Below are positions 10,459 through 20,925 of a stretch of DNA of 64,000 bases, piece after piece. A program made the translations under genes and the position numbers. Under the pieces are notes generated by a model, which worked only from the letters and a program-made list of their open reading frames with translations, ran no database searches and had not been told where the DNA came from. How positions within the stretch are numbered: the stretch's first letter is position 1; every line of letters begins with the position of its first letter. The stretch comes from Acidobacteriota bacterium (GTDB taxonomy: Bacteria; Acidobacteriota; CAIWXX01): positions 64,001 to 128,000 of the forward strand of contig JBFMAF010000031.1 in NCBI GenBank assembly GCA_040755995.1. Direction: 5' to 3'.

Positions 10459-10911
10459 ATGCTGTCGAAGAAGGCGCGGTACGCGATGAAGGCGTTGCTC
10501 CATCTGGCCAGAATCTACCCTGGCGGGCCTGTGTTGATAGCCGACCTGGCGCAGAAGGAGAAGATCCCGAAGAAGTTTCTCGAGCTGATCCTGCTGGATC
10601 TGAAGCACAGGGGTCTTCTGCAGAGCAAGAAGGGCAAGGGCGGAGGATACTCGCTGGCGAGGTCTCCCGGAGAGATCACGTTCGGACCGATCATCCGGAT
10701 GTTCGAGGGCCCACTGGCGCTGGTGCCATGCGCGAGCGTCACTGCGTACCGCAAGTGCGACGACTGTGACGACGAGGCGAGCTGCGGGATCCGGCTGCTG
10801 ATGAAGGACGTCCGGGATGCGACCGCGGCTATCCTTGACGGGACCTCGCTCGCCGACGTCCTTGATCGAATCGAGAAGATCCGGTCAGGCGCGACCGAGA
10901 CATGGATGTAG
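10459..10911 (+). CDS. Rrf2-family transcriptional regulator
   Basis: IPKKFLELILLDLK..G...S.KG.GGGY, plus Cys cluster CAS...CDDC...C. Confidence 0.93.
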   Translation: MLSKKARYAMKALLHLARIYPGGPVLIADLAQKEKIPKKFLELILLDLKHRGLLQSKKGKGGGYSLARSPGEITFGPIIRMFEGPLALVPCASVTAYRKCDDCDDEASCGIRLLMKDVRDATAAILDGTSLADVLDRIEKIRSGATETWM

Positions 10912-10971
10912 TGATACTCATATTGCGCGGGCCGATTCATCGCAAAAGCATTTCATGACAAGGAGGCATTC

Positions 10972-12510
10972 ATGAGGCGTTTTCTGTTCTCCGGGATCAT
11001 CTTCTTGACGCTCTTCTTGACGGCCGGAGTCGCTCGAGCATCCGAGCAGGAGGAGCCGGCGGCGCCGGCAGCCGGCTCGACGACCTCTTCGTCCGATGAC
11101 GTCGAGGAACTCAAGGCAGAGATCGAAGCACTGAAGAAGAAGCTCCAGGAGATGCCGGACCTCGGCGAGGAAATCAAGGAGCTCGAGAAGAAGCTCGAGA
11201 GCGTCCAGAAGGTGACCGCGAAGATCGACTCGGAGGAAGCCAAGCTCAAGGAGGAGAAGAAGGAGCGGGCGATCGCATACTATCGAGACGGATTCTTCAT
11301 CGAGACGCCCGACAAGAAGTTCCGGCTGCAGATCACCGGAGTGCTGCATTTCGACACGCGTATCTTCAGCGGCGACGAACAGGGCTCTCCCACCTCTTTC
11401 GACATCCGCCGGGGCCGTTACGATTTCCGTGGCAACCTGTACCGTGGCGACATCGAGCACCAGTTCCGGCTGCAGATCGAGATGGCGGACACCCCGTACC
11501 TGCGAAACGCGTACTGGATGTTCAAGTTCCGCCCGGAGCTCAATCTGCAGCTCGGGCAGTTCAAGACGCCCGCAGGCGGAGCCGACTGGCTGACAGAAGA
11601 GGCTCAGGTGAACTTCATCGAGTATTCGATCCTTCCTCCGGTGACACCGTTCTTCGACCGTGGATTCAATCTTCACAGCTTCTTCGCCGGCGGAAAGATC
11701 CAGACGTGCCTTGCCATCGTCACGGGCGTCGGCACCGACTTCGATGCGCCGCAGGGCGACTACGACAACCACAAGGACTATGCCGCCCGAGTCCTTCTGG
11801 TTCCTTTCAAGGGCAAGAAGGACCACCCGTTGGAGGGGTTGCACGCGGCAGGCAGTTTTCAGCAGGGATTGGCTAGCGTGGCGGCCAAGCAGGGTGGGGA
11901 GACCGGTATGAGAACCGAGAACTACGAGTCGAAGTGGTACGAGTGGAAGTCCACTGCCCTCGACATAGAGAAACGCACGCGGTACGGCTGGGACCTTCAC
12001 TACATTCGCGGCCCATTCATTGTGAGCTATGAGTGGGACCGGATAGAGTGGAAGAACGTGACATCGTACACGAGCGGAATCGGAAACCTGCGCGGCGCTG
12101 CTCACTCCGACGCAGGTCAGATCTGGGTCAGCTATTTCCCGACGGGCGAGCAGAAGACCTTCGAGGACGTCTTCTTCGCCTGGCGGCAGCCCAAGCCAAA
12201 GAAGAACCTCAGCATCAAGGAAAAGACCTGGGGCGGATGGGAGCTAATGGGGAAATACGCCTGGAAGAACACCTCGAAGGAGCTGTTCGATCTGGGGATT
12301 CTCGACGGCAGCAGAAAAGGGTACACCGTCACGGGCGGCGTTCGCTGGCTGTGGGATCCCAAGGTGAGAATCATGGCCGACATCAACTATTGTAAGAGCA
12401 CGGAGGGAAAGGGCATCATCGTGCAATACGCGGACAAAGGGTCAGCTTCGCAGAAGCGCTACGTGGAGCACGAGACTGCCCTGTTGGTGCGTTTCATTCT
12501 CACCATTTAG
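10972..12510 (+). CDS. OprO/OprP-like anion-selective porin with N-terminal coiled coil
   Basis: Signal peptide, charged coiled coil, GFFIET.D..FRLQ, IRRGR, GQFKTP motifs, amphipathic C-terminal strand. Confidence 0.8.
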   Translation: MRRFLFSGIIFLTLFLTAGVARASEQEEPAAPAAGSTTSSSDDVEELKAEIEALKKKLQEMPDLGEEIKELEKKLESVQKVTAKIDSEEAKLKEEKKERAIAYYRDGFFIETPDKKFRLQITGVLHFDTRIFSGDEQGSPTSFDIRRGRYDFRGNLYRGDIEHQFRLQIEMADTPYLRNAYWMFKFRPELNLQLGQFKTPAGGADWLTEEAQVNFIEYSILPPVTPFFDRGFNLHSFFAGGKIQTCLAIVTGVGTDFDAPQGDYDNHKDYAARVLLVPFKGKKDHPLEGLHAAGSFQQGLASVAAKQGGETGMRTENYESKWYEWKSTALDIEKRTRYGWDLHYIRGPFIVSYEWDRIEWKNVTSYTSGIGNLRGAAHSDAGQIWVSYFPTGEQKTFEDVFFAWRQPKPKKNLSIKEKTWGGWELMGKYAWKNTSKELFDLGILDGSRKGYTVTGGVRWLWDPKVRIMADINYCKSTEGKGIIVQYADKGSASQKRYVEHETALLVRFILTI

Positions 12511-12658
12511 CGAGGCGCAGCCCGGAAAGCGACTGCGGGCACGACGGTTCACGACTCCGCGGATCGATATCATCGTGCCCGCGTTGCACGTCTGCCTGTG
12601 ATCGGCGCCAATGCCCAGACCAAGACGTGGTACGATAGTCCCGCAAGGAGGCGTGCCA

Positions 12659-13255
12659 ATGTACAGTCGTCACAGTGAACTCGTGGGAATCGTGGTGGTT
12701 ACCGCTATGTTCGCGCTGGTTGTTCCTGCCGTGGCCCAGGAGGCGAATGCACCGGAGGGTCCGACGCGGAAGGCGCCGCTGCGGTTCACGGCTATTGCCG
12801 TGAGCATGCCGCAAGGTGTGGAGGGGCAGGTGCAGATTGTCGTCGAACGGTGGACAACCGATGACGAACGGCAGGCGCTCGTTACGGCGCTTGCGCAAGG
12901 GGGCCAGGACAAGCTGCTCAGCTCGCTTCAGAGCATCAAGGAACGAACCGGGTTCATCAGGACGCCGAACAGCATCGGTTATGACCTGCGCTACTGCCGG
13001 GAGAACATGCTCGCGGACGGGACGCGCCAGATCGTCATCGCGACGGACAAGCCAGTGAGCTTCCTGGCGGCGGCCAGCCAGGCGAGAACGATGGACTACC
13101 CATTCACCATCGTCGAGCTGCGATTCGACAAGGACGACAAGGGTGAAGGCAAGATGCTCGTGGGCACCAGGATCGCAGTGGCGAACGGGAGGCTCGAGCT
13201 CGAGAACTACGGGCAGCAACCGGTGCGGCTCTCGAATGTCAGGGAGTCCAAGTAG
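12659..13255 (+). CDS. Hypothetical exported protein
   Basis: GGAGG before ATG, signal-peptide-like N-terminus, coherent globular sequence. Confidence 0.75.
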   Translation: MYSRHSELVGIVVVTAMFALVVPAVAQEANAPEGPTRKAPLRFTAIAVSMPQGVEGQVQIVVERWTTDDERQALVTALAQGGQDKLLSSLQSIKERTGFIRTPNSIGYDLRYCRENMLADGTRQIVIATDKPVSFLAAASQARTMDYPFTIVELRFDKDDKGEGKMLVGTRIAVANGRLELENYGQQPVRLSNVRESK

Positions 13256-13359
13256 AGGTTTGGGGTCGGGCCGAGGGGCACGCGCCATTTTTCGTCCCAA
13301 CTTTCCCTCTCCGACTGCGAACCGGTAGGATGGTACGCGGGCCGCGGGCGGGGTGACCC

Positions 13360-14304
13360 ATGGAAACGTCTCAACCGGACGCCACGTCATCCGATCAGTG
13401 CGGATCGTCTCCGGCCACACAAGTGGAAAAGGACAGTAGGGCCACCGGGGTCGCCCTGGTGCTCTCCGCGGGTTTCTTCGGATTCTTTGCGCATGCGGGC
13501 TTTCTGATCGCTCTCGATGAGCTGCGCATCGGCTACCGGGCGATCGCCGGATCTAGCGCCGGTGCGCTGGTCGCTGCGTTCGCGGCTGCCGGAATGCAAC
13601 CGCGCGACATCGCCCGGCTGCTGGTGAGCCTGAAGAAGGAGGACTTCTGGGATCCGCCCGGCATCTTCGGCATCGCGCGAGCTGTGCTCAGGCGCGGACG
13701 CGGTTGGAGCGGGTACCTGGCAGGCGATAGGTTCGAGGAACTTGTCGAGCGCCACCTGCCGGTGAAGACATTCGAGCAGTGCGCCAGGAAACTCTACATC
13801 ACGGCACTCAACCTGACCGAAGGCGGAGACGAGACGTTTTTCGAAGGCCCGATTGCTGAGAAGGTGCGGGCATCCTGCAGCTATCCGTTCCTGTTCTCGA
13901 CCAAGCGAATCGGTCGCAGCCAGTACTGGGACGGCGGGGTGACGGCGAAGGTGCCGATGGAGGTGATGGTGGAACGGGAGAGGCCGCAGCTCACGATCGT
14001 ACACTATCTCGAGTCCGCGTCTTCCGAGGAGCCGGGCGAAATCATGGATCGGCCGCTGGCGCCCCTGAAACTGGTGGACCGTGCGATGAGCATAGCTCGC
14101 CGGGAGATCGAGCAGAGCCGCAGGAATGCACATGACAGGCTGTGCCAAGGCTCCATCCGCTACATCACCCCCGAGCTGCCGCGATCGGGCCCGGACCGGC
14201 TTCACCTCGGAGCCGAGATAATCGAGAGGTCGCGCGAGCAGGCCGTGCGCGCGCTGAGCGATTGCGGCAGGCCGGGTGCCGCTTGCCCGGCCTCACCAGG
14301 CTAG
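13360..14304 (+). CDS. Patatin-like phospholipase
   Basis: LSAGFFG..AH.G, GSSAG nucleophile motif, ASCS.P, DGG motif. Confidence 0.9.
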   Translation: METSQPDATSSDQCGSSPATQVEKDSRATGVALVLSAGFFGFFAHAGFLIALDELRIGYRAIAGSSAGALVAAFAAAGMQPRDIARLLVSLKKEDFWDPPGIFGIARAVLRRGRGWSGYLAGDRFEELVERHLPVKTFEQCARKLYITALNLTEGGDETFFEGPIAEKVRASCSYPFLFSTKRIGRSQYWDGGVTAKVPMEVMVERERPQLTIVHYLESASSEEPGEIMDRPLAPLKLVDRAMSIARREIEQSRRNAHDRLCQGSIRYITPELPRSGPDRLHLGAEIIERSREQAVRALSDCGRPGAACPASPG

Positions 14305-15884
14305 GGTCGCAGGAGGACCTCCGTGGGGCGGTGCCTCTCGCTCAGCTCCTCGAAAACCTCCTGGATCTCGTCGAGGCCGAGGTGGATGGTCATGGTGATG
14401 TAGTCGTGAAGGCGATTCTCGAGCCCCTCGGACTGGGGATCGGCCCTGAGAACTCTGATCGAGACTTCACCCACGGCCGTGACGGCATCGCAGACCTCTT
14501 GTTCACTGAATCCCTGTTCGAAGCGCCGCCCAGCCAGATCGCGACAATATGCCATGAACAGGGCCTTCTCGCGCGTGCGCACAGCGTTCTTGAGATGGCG
14601 GAGGATGAGGCGATGGTTCCAGTCAAGGTCCTCCGGGTTGATCCGCTGGTAGGTGCCGAAGCGGCCCTTGGCCTCGGGTCCCAGGAACGTCTGGGTGAGC
14701 ATGTCCCGTATCTGCTCCTCATGGATTTCCAGCAGCCGATGGATCCGCAGATTGGCATGCATACGATAACCCTTCATCGCGGCGCGGTTCCTGCTCCCCC
14801 ACTCGATAGGATTTGTCTTGAGATTCTCCATGAGGAACGGTATCCGGCGAAGGATCTGGAGGCGGGCCTTGGGGCTCCAGTCGAGCATCTCACGGGTGAC
14901 CTTTGCTTTCACCGTCATCTCGAGATCGATGTACTGGCCCATCCAGGGGCGCTCGAACGGGCGGCTGCCGAGAACCCGGCCCATCCAGTCCATTGCATAC
15001 AGGCCGATCCGGCAGATGAGCTTGGGCATGAACGTGGGCCTGACCCTTCTCCCAAGATAGGCCGTCGTGGCCGATTCGAAGAGATCGAGGTGCGACACCG
15101 CGCCATCGGTGCTCGCGACGAGCGTAACATCCGGCGGCAGATATTCGTGCCGTTCCAGGAGCTTGGTCATGAAAACGACGGCATCGCGCACGTGGAGGTA
15201 TGGGATCGCGGAACGTCCTTTGCCGGCGAGCACGCGCCGATTCCAGACCCTTGAAAGCCAGGTCTCGAGGAAGACATAGAGCGGCGGATACTCGCACCAG
15301 TCCGAGAACATCGCGCCGAACCTTACGATGCAGTACGGCATCTTGTCGCGGTAGGTCGCGACCATCTCCTCGCCGATCCGCTTTGTCACAGCATAGATGT
15401 GCTCGCCGTCCGGCGGGCTGAACTCGTCGAGCGCCGTGCCCGGCGCAGGGAAATAGCAGGCCGCCACCGAACTGGCGAAGATGAACCGTTTGAGGTGCAT
15501 GTCCTTGGCGAGCTCGAGCACGTTGCGGAGCCCGTCGACGTTCGTGCGGTAGTATTCGGGATGCGGGTCGCCCGTGAAGTCGTAGAACGCCGCCAGATGA
15601 ATCAGCACCTCGATCGGACCGTCTTCCAGCGTCTTCTTGAAGACGGTGGCCAGGCTCTCCGCGTCACCGATATCGACCTGAGACCAGGAGATGTTGTGAT
15701 GCACGGGCGCACCGCTCTCACGCTGCGAGCGCCGAGCCATCCCGACGATGCGGTACTTCTCCTTGAGCGCATCCAGCAGGTGCCTGCCCAGGAACCCGGA
15801 GGCGCCGGTGATCATGATTCGAGGCAGGCGGCGATCAGGCTCTCTCCTCGGAATGCTCAGGTCAGATGAGGACGGTGTCGTCAT
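14301..15884 (-). CDS. NAD-dependent epimerase/dehydratase (extended SDR) with extra C-terminal helical domain
   Basis: ITGASGFLG, HLAA, FASS, YAVTK motifs, then about 150 aa of predicted all-helical extension. Confidence 0.82.
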   Translation of the reverse strand: MTTPSSSDLSIPRREPDRRLPRIMITGASGFLGRHLLDALKEKYRIVGMARRSQRESGAPVHHNISWSQVDIGDAESLATVFKKTLEDGPIEVLIHLAAFYDFTGDPHPEYYRTNVDGLRNVLELAKDMHLKRFIFASSVAACYFPAPGTALDEFSPPDGEHIYAVTKRIGEEMVATYRDKMPYCIVRFGAMFSDWCEYPPLYVFLETWLSRVWNRRVLAGKGRSAIPYLHVRDAVVFMTKLLERHEYLPPDVTLVASTDGAVSHLDLFESATTAYLGRRVRPTFMPKLICRIGLYAMDWMGRVLGSRPFERPWMGQYIDLEMTVKAKVTREMLDWSPKARLQILRRIPFLMENLKTNPIEWGSRNRAAMKGYRMHANLRIHRLLEIHEEQIRDMLTQTFLGPEAKGRFGTYQRINPEDLDWNHRLILRHLKNAVRTREKALFMAYCRDLAGRRFEQGFSEQEVCDAVTAVGEVSIRVLRADPQSEGLENRLHDYITMTIHLGLDEIQEVFEELSERHRPTEVLLRP

Positions 15885-16013
15885 GTGTGATCCCGACCGC
15901 GGTGCGCAATCAGCAGCATGATGTCGTACATCCGTCAGTAGTCATGGCCGGCTTGTCTACAAGGCGGAAGGGTACCAGAAAACGCATCGCAAGAGAAGCG
16001 CGCGCCTCGCCGG

Positions 16014-17207
16014 CTAATCGATCCCCCGAGGGAGCGAATCCACCTTGCAGCAGCGGCGGCAGATCGGGAGCATGTTCCCCTTGAGGAGGCTTCGCCGGAA
16101 CTCCCGGAAGTCCTCGGCGTTCCAGATCTCTTCGAACGTCTTCTCGAGCAGGTTTCCCCAGCTCTTCCTCAGGACGCCGCAGAACAGGATGTTTCCAAGG
16201 TGGTCGATGCGGGCCGTGGGCTCCAGCAGCTTCGGGCAGACGAGTTGCAGCGTGCGATGCCCGGTGCCGTGGTAATAATCCTCCAGGTGATGCTCCCACG
16301 TGTACGGCGTGAAGTTTACGAAAACGCCTCTGGACTCGGCGAATAGCCGAACATCGCGGAGCCGTTTCCTGAGATCCTGCAGTGCGTATGGGAACCCGTC
16401 GCGCTCGTGCGTCGAGATCTCGAACTCGCCTTCCCTCCAGCCCAGGTGCCGGGTGAGTATGTTTCGCGTCTGCGCGATCTCTTCACGCGTGTAGACTTCT
16501 TCAAACGTCAGGTTGAGCGTGGGCAGGCCCAGGTCCCTCACGATCGAGACGGTCTCTTCCAATTGGTCAAGGTTGTCCCCGAGGATCACGGTGTTGATCG
16601 ATATGTTGAAATGCGGCCTGGTCAGCTCGATGGCGCGGCAGACCTTGTCGAACGCGCCCGGCACTCCGCGTATGCGGTCGTGGACGTCGCGCGGGCCGTC
16701 TATCGAGTAGATGATCCGCTCGGTCGACGGCCGGAAAGCCAGCAGGACCGGCAGGTTCCCTTCGTTGATCAGCGTACCGTTGGTCAGAATCGTGTAGGCG
16801 ACGCCGCGGTCCTGCAGATGCTGCAGGAGCTCGAAGATGTCCTTGCGGACAAACACTTCGCTCCCGACCAGCCCGATCGACCGCAGGTTCAGACGGTCGT
16901 AGAGCAGCTTCACCTCCGCCGTGCGAAGTTCGCGGCCGTAGCTCATGAGAGGCAGGGCATTGACCTCATCGCGGAAGTTCTGCTGGTAGCACATCTTGCA
17001 CTTGAGATTGCAGCGGATCGTGGGTTCGTGCGCGACCGAGTACTTGCCGCCGTCGAAACAATGCGGCCCGAAGAGATCCCTCGCCAACGCCGCCTGTAGC
17101 TGCTCGTGTCGCCTGCGCACCTGTCTGCCGCGGTAGGCAGCGTGCACCAGATGATTGACTCCCGGTGTCCTGGCAAGCAGCTTGCGGACTCCCTGTTTCA
17201 CCTGCAT
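16014..17207 (-). CDS. Radical SAM / SPASM(Twitch)-domain protein
   Basis: CNLKCKMC, TNGTL, SIDG...HD.IRG, and C-terminal C..FCG..GNL...FEEIWN...C..C. Confidence 0.9.
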   Translation of the reverse strand: MQVKQGVRKLLARTPGVNHLVHAAYRGRQVRRRHEQLQAALARDLFGPHCFDGGKYSVAHEPTIRCNLKCKMCYQQNFRDEVNALPLMSYGRELRTAEVKLLYDRLNLRSIGLVGSEVFVRKDIFELLQHLQDRGVAYTILTNGTLINEGNLPVLLAFRPSTERIIYSIDGPRDVHDRIRGVPGAFDKVCRAIELTRPHFNISINTVILGDNLDQLEETVSIVRDLGLPTLNLTFEEVYTREEIAQTRNILTRHLGWREGEFEISTHERDGFPYALQDLRKRLRDVRLFAESRGVFVNFTPYTWEHHLEDYYHGTGHRTLQLVCPKLLEPTARIDHLGNILFCGVLRKSWGNLLEKTFEEIWNAEDFREFRRSLLKGNMLPICRRCCKVDSLPRGID

Positions 17208-17404
17208 ACACGCTGATCATAGGAGGGCGATGGCCCCAAATCAACCAGGGGCAGGAGGCCGAGGCATTTCTCGCACTCCGCGTGGTGGCACGGACCTGCC
17301 TTCTCACCGCCACTCTGTCTCTTCCCCTCGCCCGTTTCCCCGATTCTCCCGATCTGCGCGTCCCAGTTTTGACATCTGCCGGATCGGATGTATATTTCAT
17401 CCGG

Positions 17405-17433
17405 TTGACAGAGAGGGAGCGGGACTTTAGAAT
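17405..17433 (+). promoter_or_regulatory. Sigma70 promoter for the tRNA pair
   Basis: TTGACA -17 bp- TAGAAT, ending 14 bp before tRNA-Lys. Confidence 0.8.
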
Positions 17434-17447
17434 CTTGCGCTTTCGGT

Positions 17448-17520
17448 GGGCCGTTAGCTCAGCCGGCAGAGCACCTGCCTTTTAAGCAGGGGGTCGCGGG
17501 TCCGAATCCCGCACGGCTCA
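17448..17520 (+). tRNA. tRNA-Lys(TTT), CCA not encoded
   Basis: Acceptor GGGCCGT/ACGGCTC, anticodon arm CCTGC-CTTTTAA-GCAGG, T arm GCGGG-TCCGAAT-CCCGC. Confidence 0.9.
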
Positions 17521-17744
17521 ATTCCAACGGAAACGATGCAGCCGTTGGCCGACATGGTTCGGCCGGAAGAGATGGAGCGTTAGGAATGCGACGCAGTGAC
17601 GCGGTGACAAGGAGACGCGGTGAGTGTTCGCGGCCGGTCTCCGCCTCCCCGCGTCTCCGCTTCTCCGCGTCGTCTGCTGTCGTGACATGGCCGGCTGAGA
17701 GCCCGATCCTTTCTGGAACAGCATCGTGGACTGAGCGAGCCCGC

Positions 17745-17820
17745 GTCCCCATCGTCTAGAGGCCTAGGACACCGCCCTTTCAAGGCGGTAACGGGAGTTC
17801 GAATCTCCTTGGGGACGCCA
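17745..17820 (+). tRNA. tRNA-Glu(TTC)
   Basis: GTCCCCA...TGGGGAC-G-CCA, anticodon arm CCGCC-CTTTCAA-GGCGG, GTTCGAATC T loop. Confidence 0.97.
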
Positions 17821-17824
17821 ACTA

Positions 17825-18253
17825 TCAACCTCGCAGCGGCTTGACCTGGCCATTCCGATAGACCCGCGCGATGAATGGCGGTCGCCGGCCGCGAATCAGC
17901 AGGATCATGCCGGGAAGCGCCCGCTTGATCACTTCCGCCATCTGCGGGCCGGTTAGATTTGCTGACACCAGGATGAAGGCCCTGACCATTGCTCGTTCGA
18001 GAGCTCGTCTTTCCAGCTCACGGTACTGAATCCGTGTGTCCTTGGAGAGGACCACCCATCCGCTCCTCCCCGCTTCCGCCAGCCACTCCTCATCGAGCGC
18101 GCCGGCGGCAAACCTCTGCTCGTGGGTCACCACCTCGTGTCCCTGAGATCTGAGTGCCTCGGCGACGAAATGGCTTCCTAAGGAGCGATCGATGAAGAAG
18201 ACGACCCGCTCAGGCTGCCCGGAGCTCGCAACGGATCGCTTCCTCGATTTCAT
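17825..18253 (-). CDS. VapC45-like PIN-domain toxin
   Basis: FFIDRSLG, DEEWL..AG..GWVVLSKD..I motifs. Overlaps the upstream DUF433 gene. Confidence 0.85.
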   Translation of the reverse strand: MKSRKRSVASSGQPERVVFFIDRSLGSHFVAEALRSQGHEVVTHEQRFAAGALDEEWLAEAGRSGWVVLSKDTRIQYRELERRALERAMVRAFILVSANLTGPQMAEVIKRALPGMILLIRGRRPPFIARVYRNGQVKPLRG

Positions 18254-18917
18254 CCCGGTCTCTGGCGTAGTCCTTGGCGAGATCCTCGATTGACTCACCG
18301 CTGTTGAATCGCTCGGCGAGTACCTCCGTCGGTATCCCGGTTCCCCGCAAGACCGGGCGCCCGAAAGAGATCCGAGGATCGATCACCACGTAAGACGGTG
18401 CACCCAGATCAACCGGCCGCACGAAGGGGTAGAGCCTTTCGGCCCTCCCAAATGCGTCCCATTCGATTCTCTTCAGATGGGCTTCGAGAACTTCCTTCAT
18501 AGCGAGTTGGCCCCTTCTCGAGACGGCGATGAGCTCGCCGTACTTCACCACGAGAAGGTCGAGCCCATCTGTGAGGAACCGATGATCAGTGAGTGGATGG
18601 GGCGAGGGGAAGGCGCTCTTCAGGTAGTCCAACGCCAACCGGATGCTCCTGAGCGGGACTCCGTGCCGGCGGCGGGTGGCCTTCAACACGTGGGCCTCGA
18701 CGACATTCATGAACGAGAGGAGCCGCTTGCTCCTGTCCGGGAGCTCTATCACAGGCGAGAAGAACGTGCGGCCCTTCTCAGTCGGATAGTAGAGACCGAA
18801 GGCCCAATTCCTGAGCGTGCCTGTCGGCAGACCGACATAGCGAGCTGCTTCACGGGCCGTGTACGTCGGGATCTCGCGCGGATCAGCGCCAGAGTAAATG
18901 TCGCTCCCCTCTCCCAT
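18210..18917 (-). CDS. VapB45-like antitoxin (HTH + DUF433)
   Basis: YTAREAARYVG.P..TL..W, LLSF...VEAHV, IDPRISFGRPVL.GTGI motifs. Confidence 0.88.
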   Translation of the reverse strand: MGEGSDIYSGADPREIPTYTAREAARYVGLPTGTLRNWAFGLYYPTEKGRTFFSPVIELPDRSKRLLSFMNVVEAHVLKATRRRHGVPLRSIRLALDYLKSAFPSPHPLTDHRFLTDGLDLLVVKYGELIAVSRRGQLAMKEVLEAHLKRIEWDAFGRAERLYPFVRPVDLGAPSYVVIDPRISFGRPVLRGTGIPTEVLAERFNSGESIEDLAKDYARDRDEIEEAIRCELRAA

Positions 18918-19023
18918 TTCACCGCGCCTCTCTTTCATGATACCACACTCGCCGGCAGGCCAGGCGCATGGGCTCCGGCCACCCGCCATCTTGGACAGGA
19001 GCGTCTAAGCCGTACGGTCCTAG

Positions 19024-19287
19024 CTATTGGTGCGCCGGCTGGAATCCGATTCGCTTCTGCAATGCGTCGGGAAGCTCAGCCAAGATGCGAGTGTGCTCAA
19101 TCAGAGTTGCGAGCACCTGGTCCAGTTTGACCTCAACCACGTCCATCCGCCGCGCAAGCTCCACCCATCTCTCATCTTGTTCCGCATGTCTCTTCACCGC
19201 CCATGCCTGAAGCGCCAAGAGCTCCGACATCTGTTTCTCAGTCGTGCTCTGCCTCGGCCTCGGCCGGCCGTTCTTCCGTGGTGGCAT
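19024..19287 (-). CDS. Small coiled-coil hypothetical protein ending in RIGF motif
   Basis: GAGGAGG RBS, heptad-rich sequence, C-terminal KRIGF. Confidence 0.65.
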   Translation of the reverse strand: MPPRKNGRPRPRQSTTEKQMSELLALQAWAVKRHAEQDERWVELARRMDVVEVKLDQVLATLIEHTRILAELPDALQKRIGFQPAHQ

Positions 19288-19465
19288 CGTTGCCTCCTCA
19301 TATGCGGATAGCGCGGAATCGCCGCGCCTGCCAGAGCGCAAGAGCGAGCGGAGCGGGCGAGAATCCTTGACCCGCCCGTTCGCCTGCGTTAGCCTAGAGA
19401 CATAACGGTCGAATCAGGGTACAGGAACGTGCGGCCGGACCTAGCGCACAACGGAAGGAAGACTC

Positions 19466-19981
19466 ATGGCACTAGTCCCTTGCAGGGAATGCAAGAAAGA
19501 GATCAGCACTGACGCGCCCAACTGTCCACACTGCGGCGCGCCGTATCCAGCGAGGGCGGGCTGGCGCGGGCCGGGTTTCGAGTGGAAGTCACAGCAGACA
19601 CTCTGGGGGTATCCGCTCGTGCACGTCGCGTTCGGGCGCGACGCGGGTGGGCGGCTGCGGGTGGCCAAGGGGATCATCGCCATCGGCCAGTTCGGCGTTG
19701 GCCTGATCACGTTTGCTCAGATGGGCATCGGATTGCTCTTCGGCTTCGGCCAGGTGATGTTCGGACTCACAGCCCTGGCGCAGTTCGCCTTCGCTGCGTA
19801 TTTCGGAATCGGACAGATCGCTACCGGCTACATCGCCATCGGCCAGGTGGTTTTCGCATACTACGGCCTGGCGCAGTCTGGATTCGCCGAGTACCTGTGG
19901 AGTGTGAAGAGACGCGATCCGGAGGCCGTCGAGTTCTTCAGGCAGCTGGCAGAGAGAGTCGGGCTGGCCCTGGGCCGATGA
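19466..19981 (+). CDS. Zinc-ribbon membrane protein with Gly-rich hydrophobic repeats
   Basis: C..C...C..CG N-terminus, PLVHVAFG, AKGIIAIGQ repeats. Confidence 0.8.
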   Translation: MALVPCRECKKEISTDAPNCPHCGAPYPARAGWRGPGFEWKSQQTLWGYPLVHVAFGRDAGGRLRVAKGIIAIGQFGVGLITFAQMGIGLLFGFGQVMFGLTALAQFAFAAYFGIGQIATGYIAIGQVVFAYYGLAQSGFAEYLWSVKRRDPEAVEFFRQLAERVGLALGR

Positions 19982-20011
19982 GGCACGGGGACGCGGCCAA
20001 TTGGAGGTATC

Positions 20012-20803
20012 ATGGCACTGAAGCTGTATCAAGTTGACGCGTTTACGGATCGCGTGTTCGGCGGCAATCCGGCGGCCGTCTGCATTCTGACCGAGCCGCG
20101 TCAGGACACGTGGATGCAGAGCCTGGCGCAGGAGATGAACCTGTCGGAGACCGCATTTCTCTTGAAGGAACAAGATGACTACGGCCTTCGCTGGTTCACG
20201 CCCGCGGTGGAGGTGGACCTTTGCGGCCATGCCACGCTCGCGAGTGCGCACGTACTATGGGAGACGGGCATGCTCGCACCCGACGAGCTGGCGCGGTTTC
20301 ACACGCGCAGCGGCCTGCTCACGGCCGGCAGACGAGGCGACTGGATCGAGATGGACTTCCCGGAAGAGCCGCCTGAGGCTGCAGATGCTCCTCTGGAGTT
20401 GGTGAAAGCTCTGGAATTGCCTCCTCGTTGGATCGGGCGAAATCGCCGCGACTACTTCGTCGAGGTGGACTCGGAAGAGGTGGTACGGAAGATGAGGCCC
20501 GACTTCGCACTCCTGGCGACCATCCCGGTCCTGGGGACCATCGTGACGAGCCGCTCCGAATCGAGAGAGTATGATTTCGTTTCGCGGTTCTTCGCCCCGA
20601 GGGCCGGGATCAACGAGGACCCTGTGACGGGATCGGCGCATTGCGCGCTGTCACCTTACTGGAGTCGCCGCCTCGACCGCACAGAGCTCGTAGGCTACCA
20701 GGCATCCGCCCGCGGAGGTGTCGTCCGCGTGAGCCACCGGTCTCCTCGCGTGATACTCGGCGGCCAGGCGATCACGGTGCTGACAGGAGAACTGGCGGCA
20801 TGA
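20012..20803 (+). CDS. PhzF-family isomerase
   Basis: QVDAFT...GNPA, EMNLSETAF, EVDLCGHATLA, EDPVTGSAH motifs. Confidence 0.95.
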   Translation: MALKLYQVDAFTDRVFGGNPAAVCILTEPRQDTWMQSLAQEMNLSETAFLLKEQDDYGLRWFTPAVEVDLCGHATLASAHVLWETGMLAPDELARFHTRSGLLTAGRRGDWIEMDFPEEPPEAADAPLELVKALELPPRWIGRNRRDYFVEVDSEEVVRKMRPDFALLATIPVLGTIVTSRSESREYDFVSRFFAPRAGINEDPVTGSAHCALSPYWSRRLDRTELVGYQASARGGVVRVSHRSPRVILGGQAITVLTGELAA

Positions 20804-20925
20804 GCGACCTCCTGGGGCTGATCTACCAACACTGAGCTGCTCGGCATGCCGCATGACAGATCCTCTCCGTCCGGCAGCGGCCACACTCCGTTCGGGCGGA
20901 CAATGCCGATCAGCTTGACACCCCA

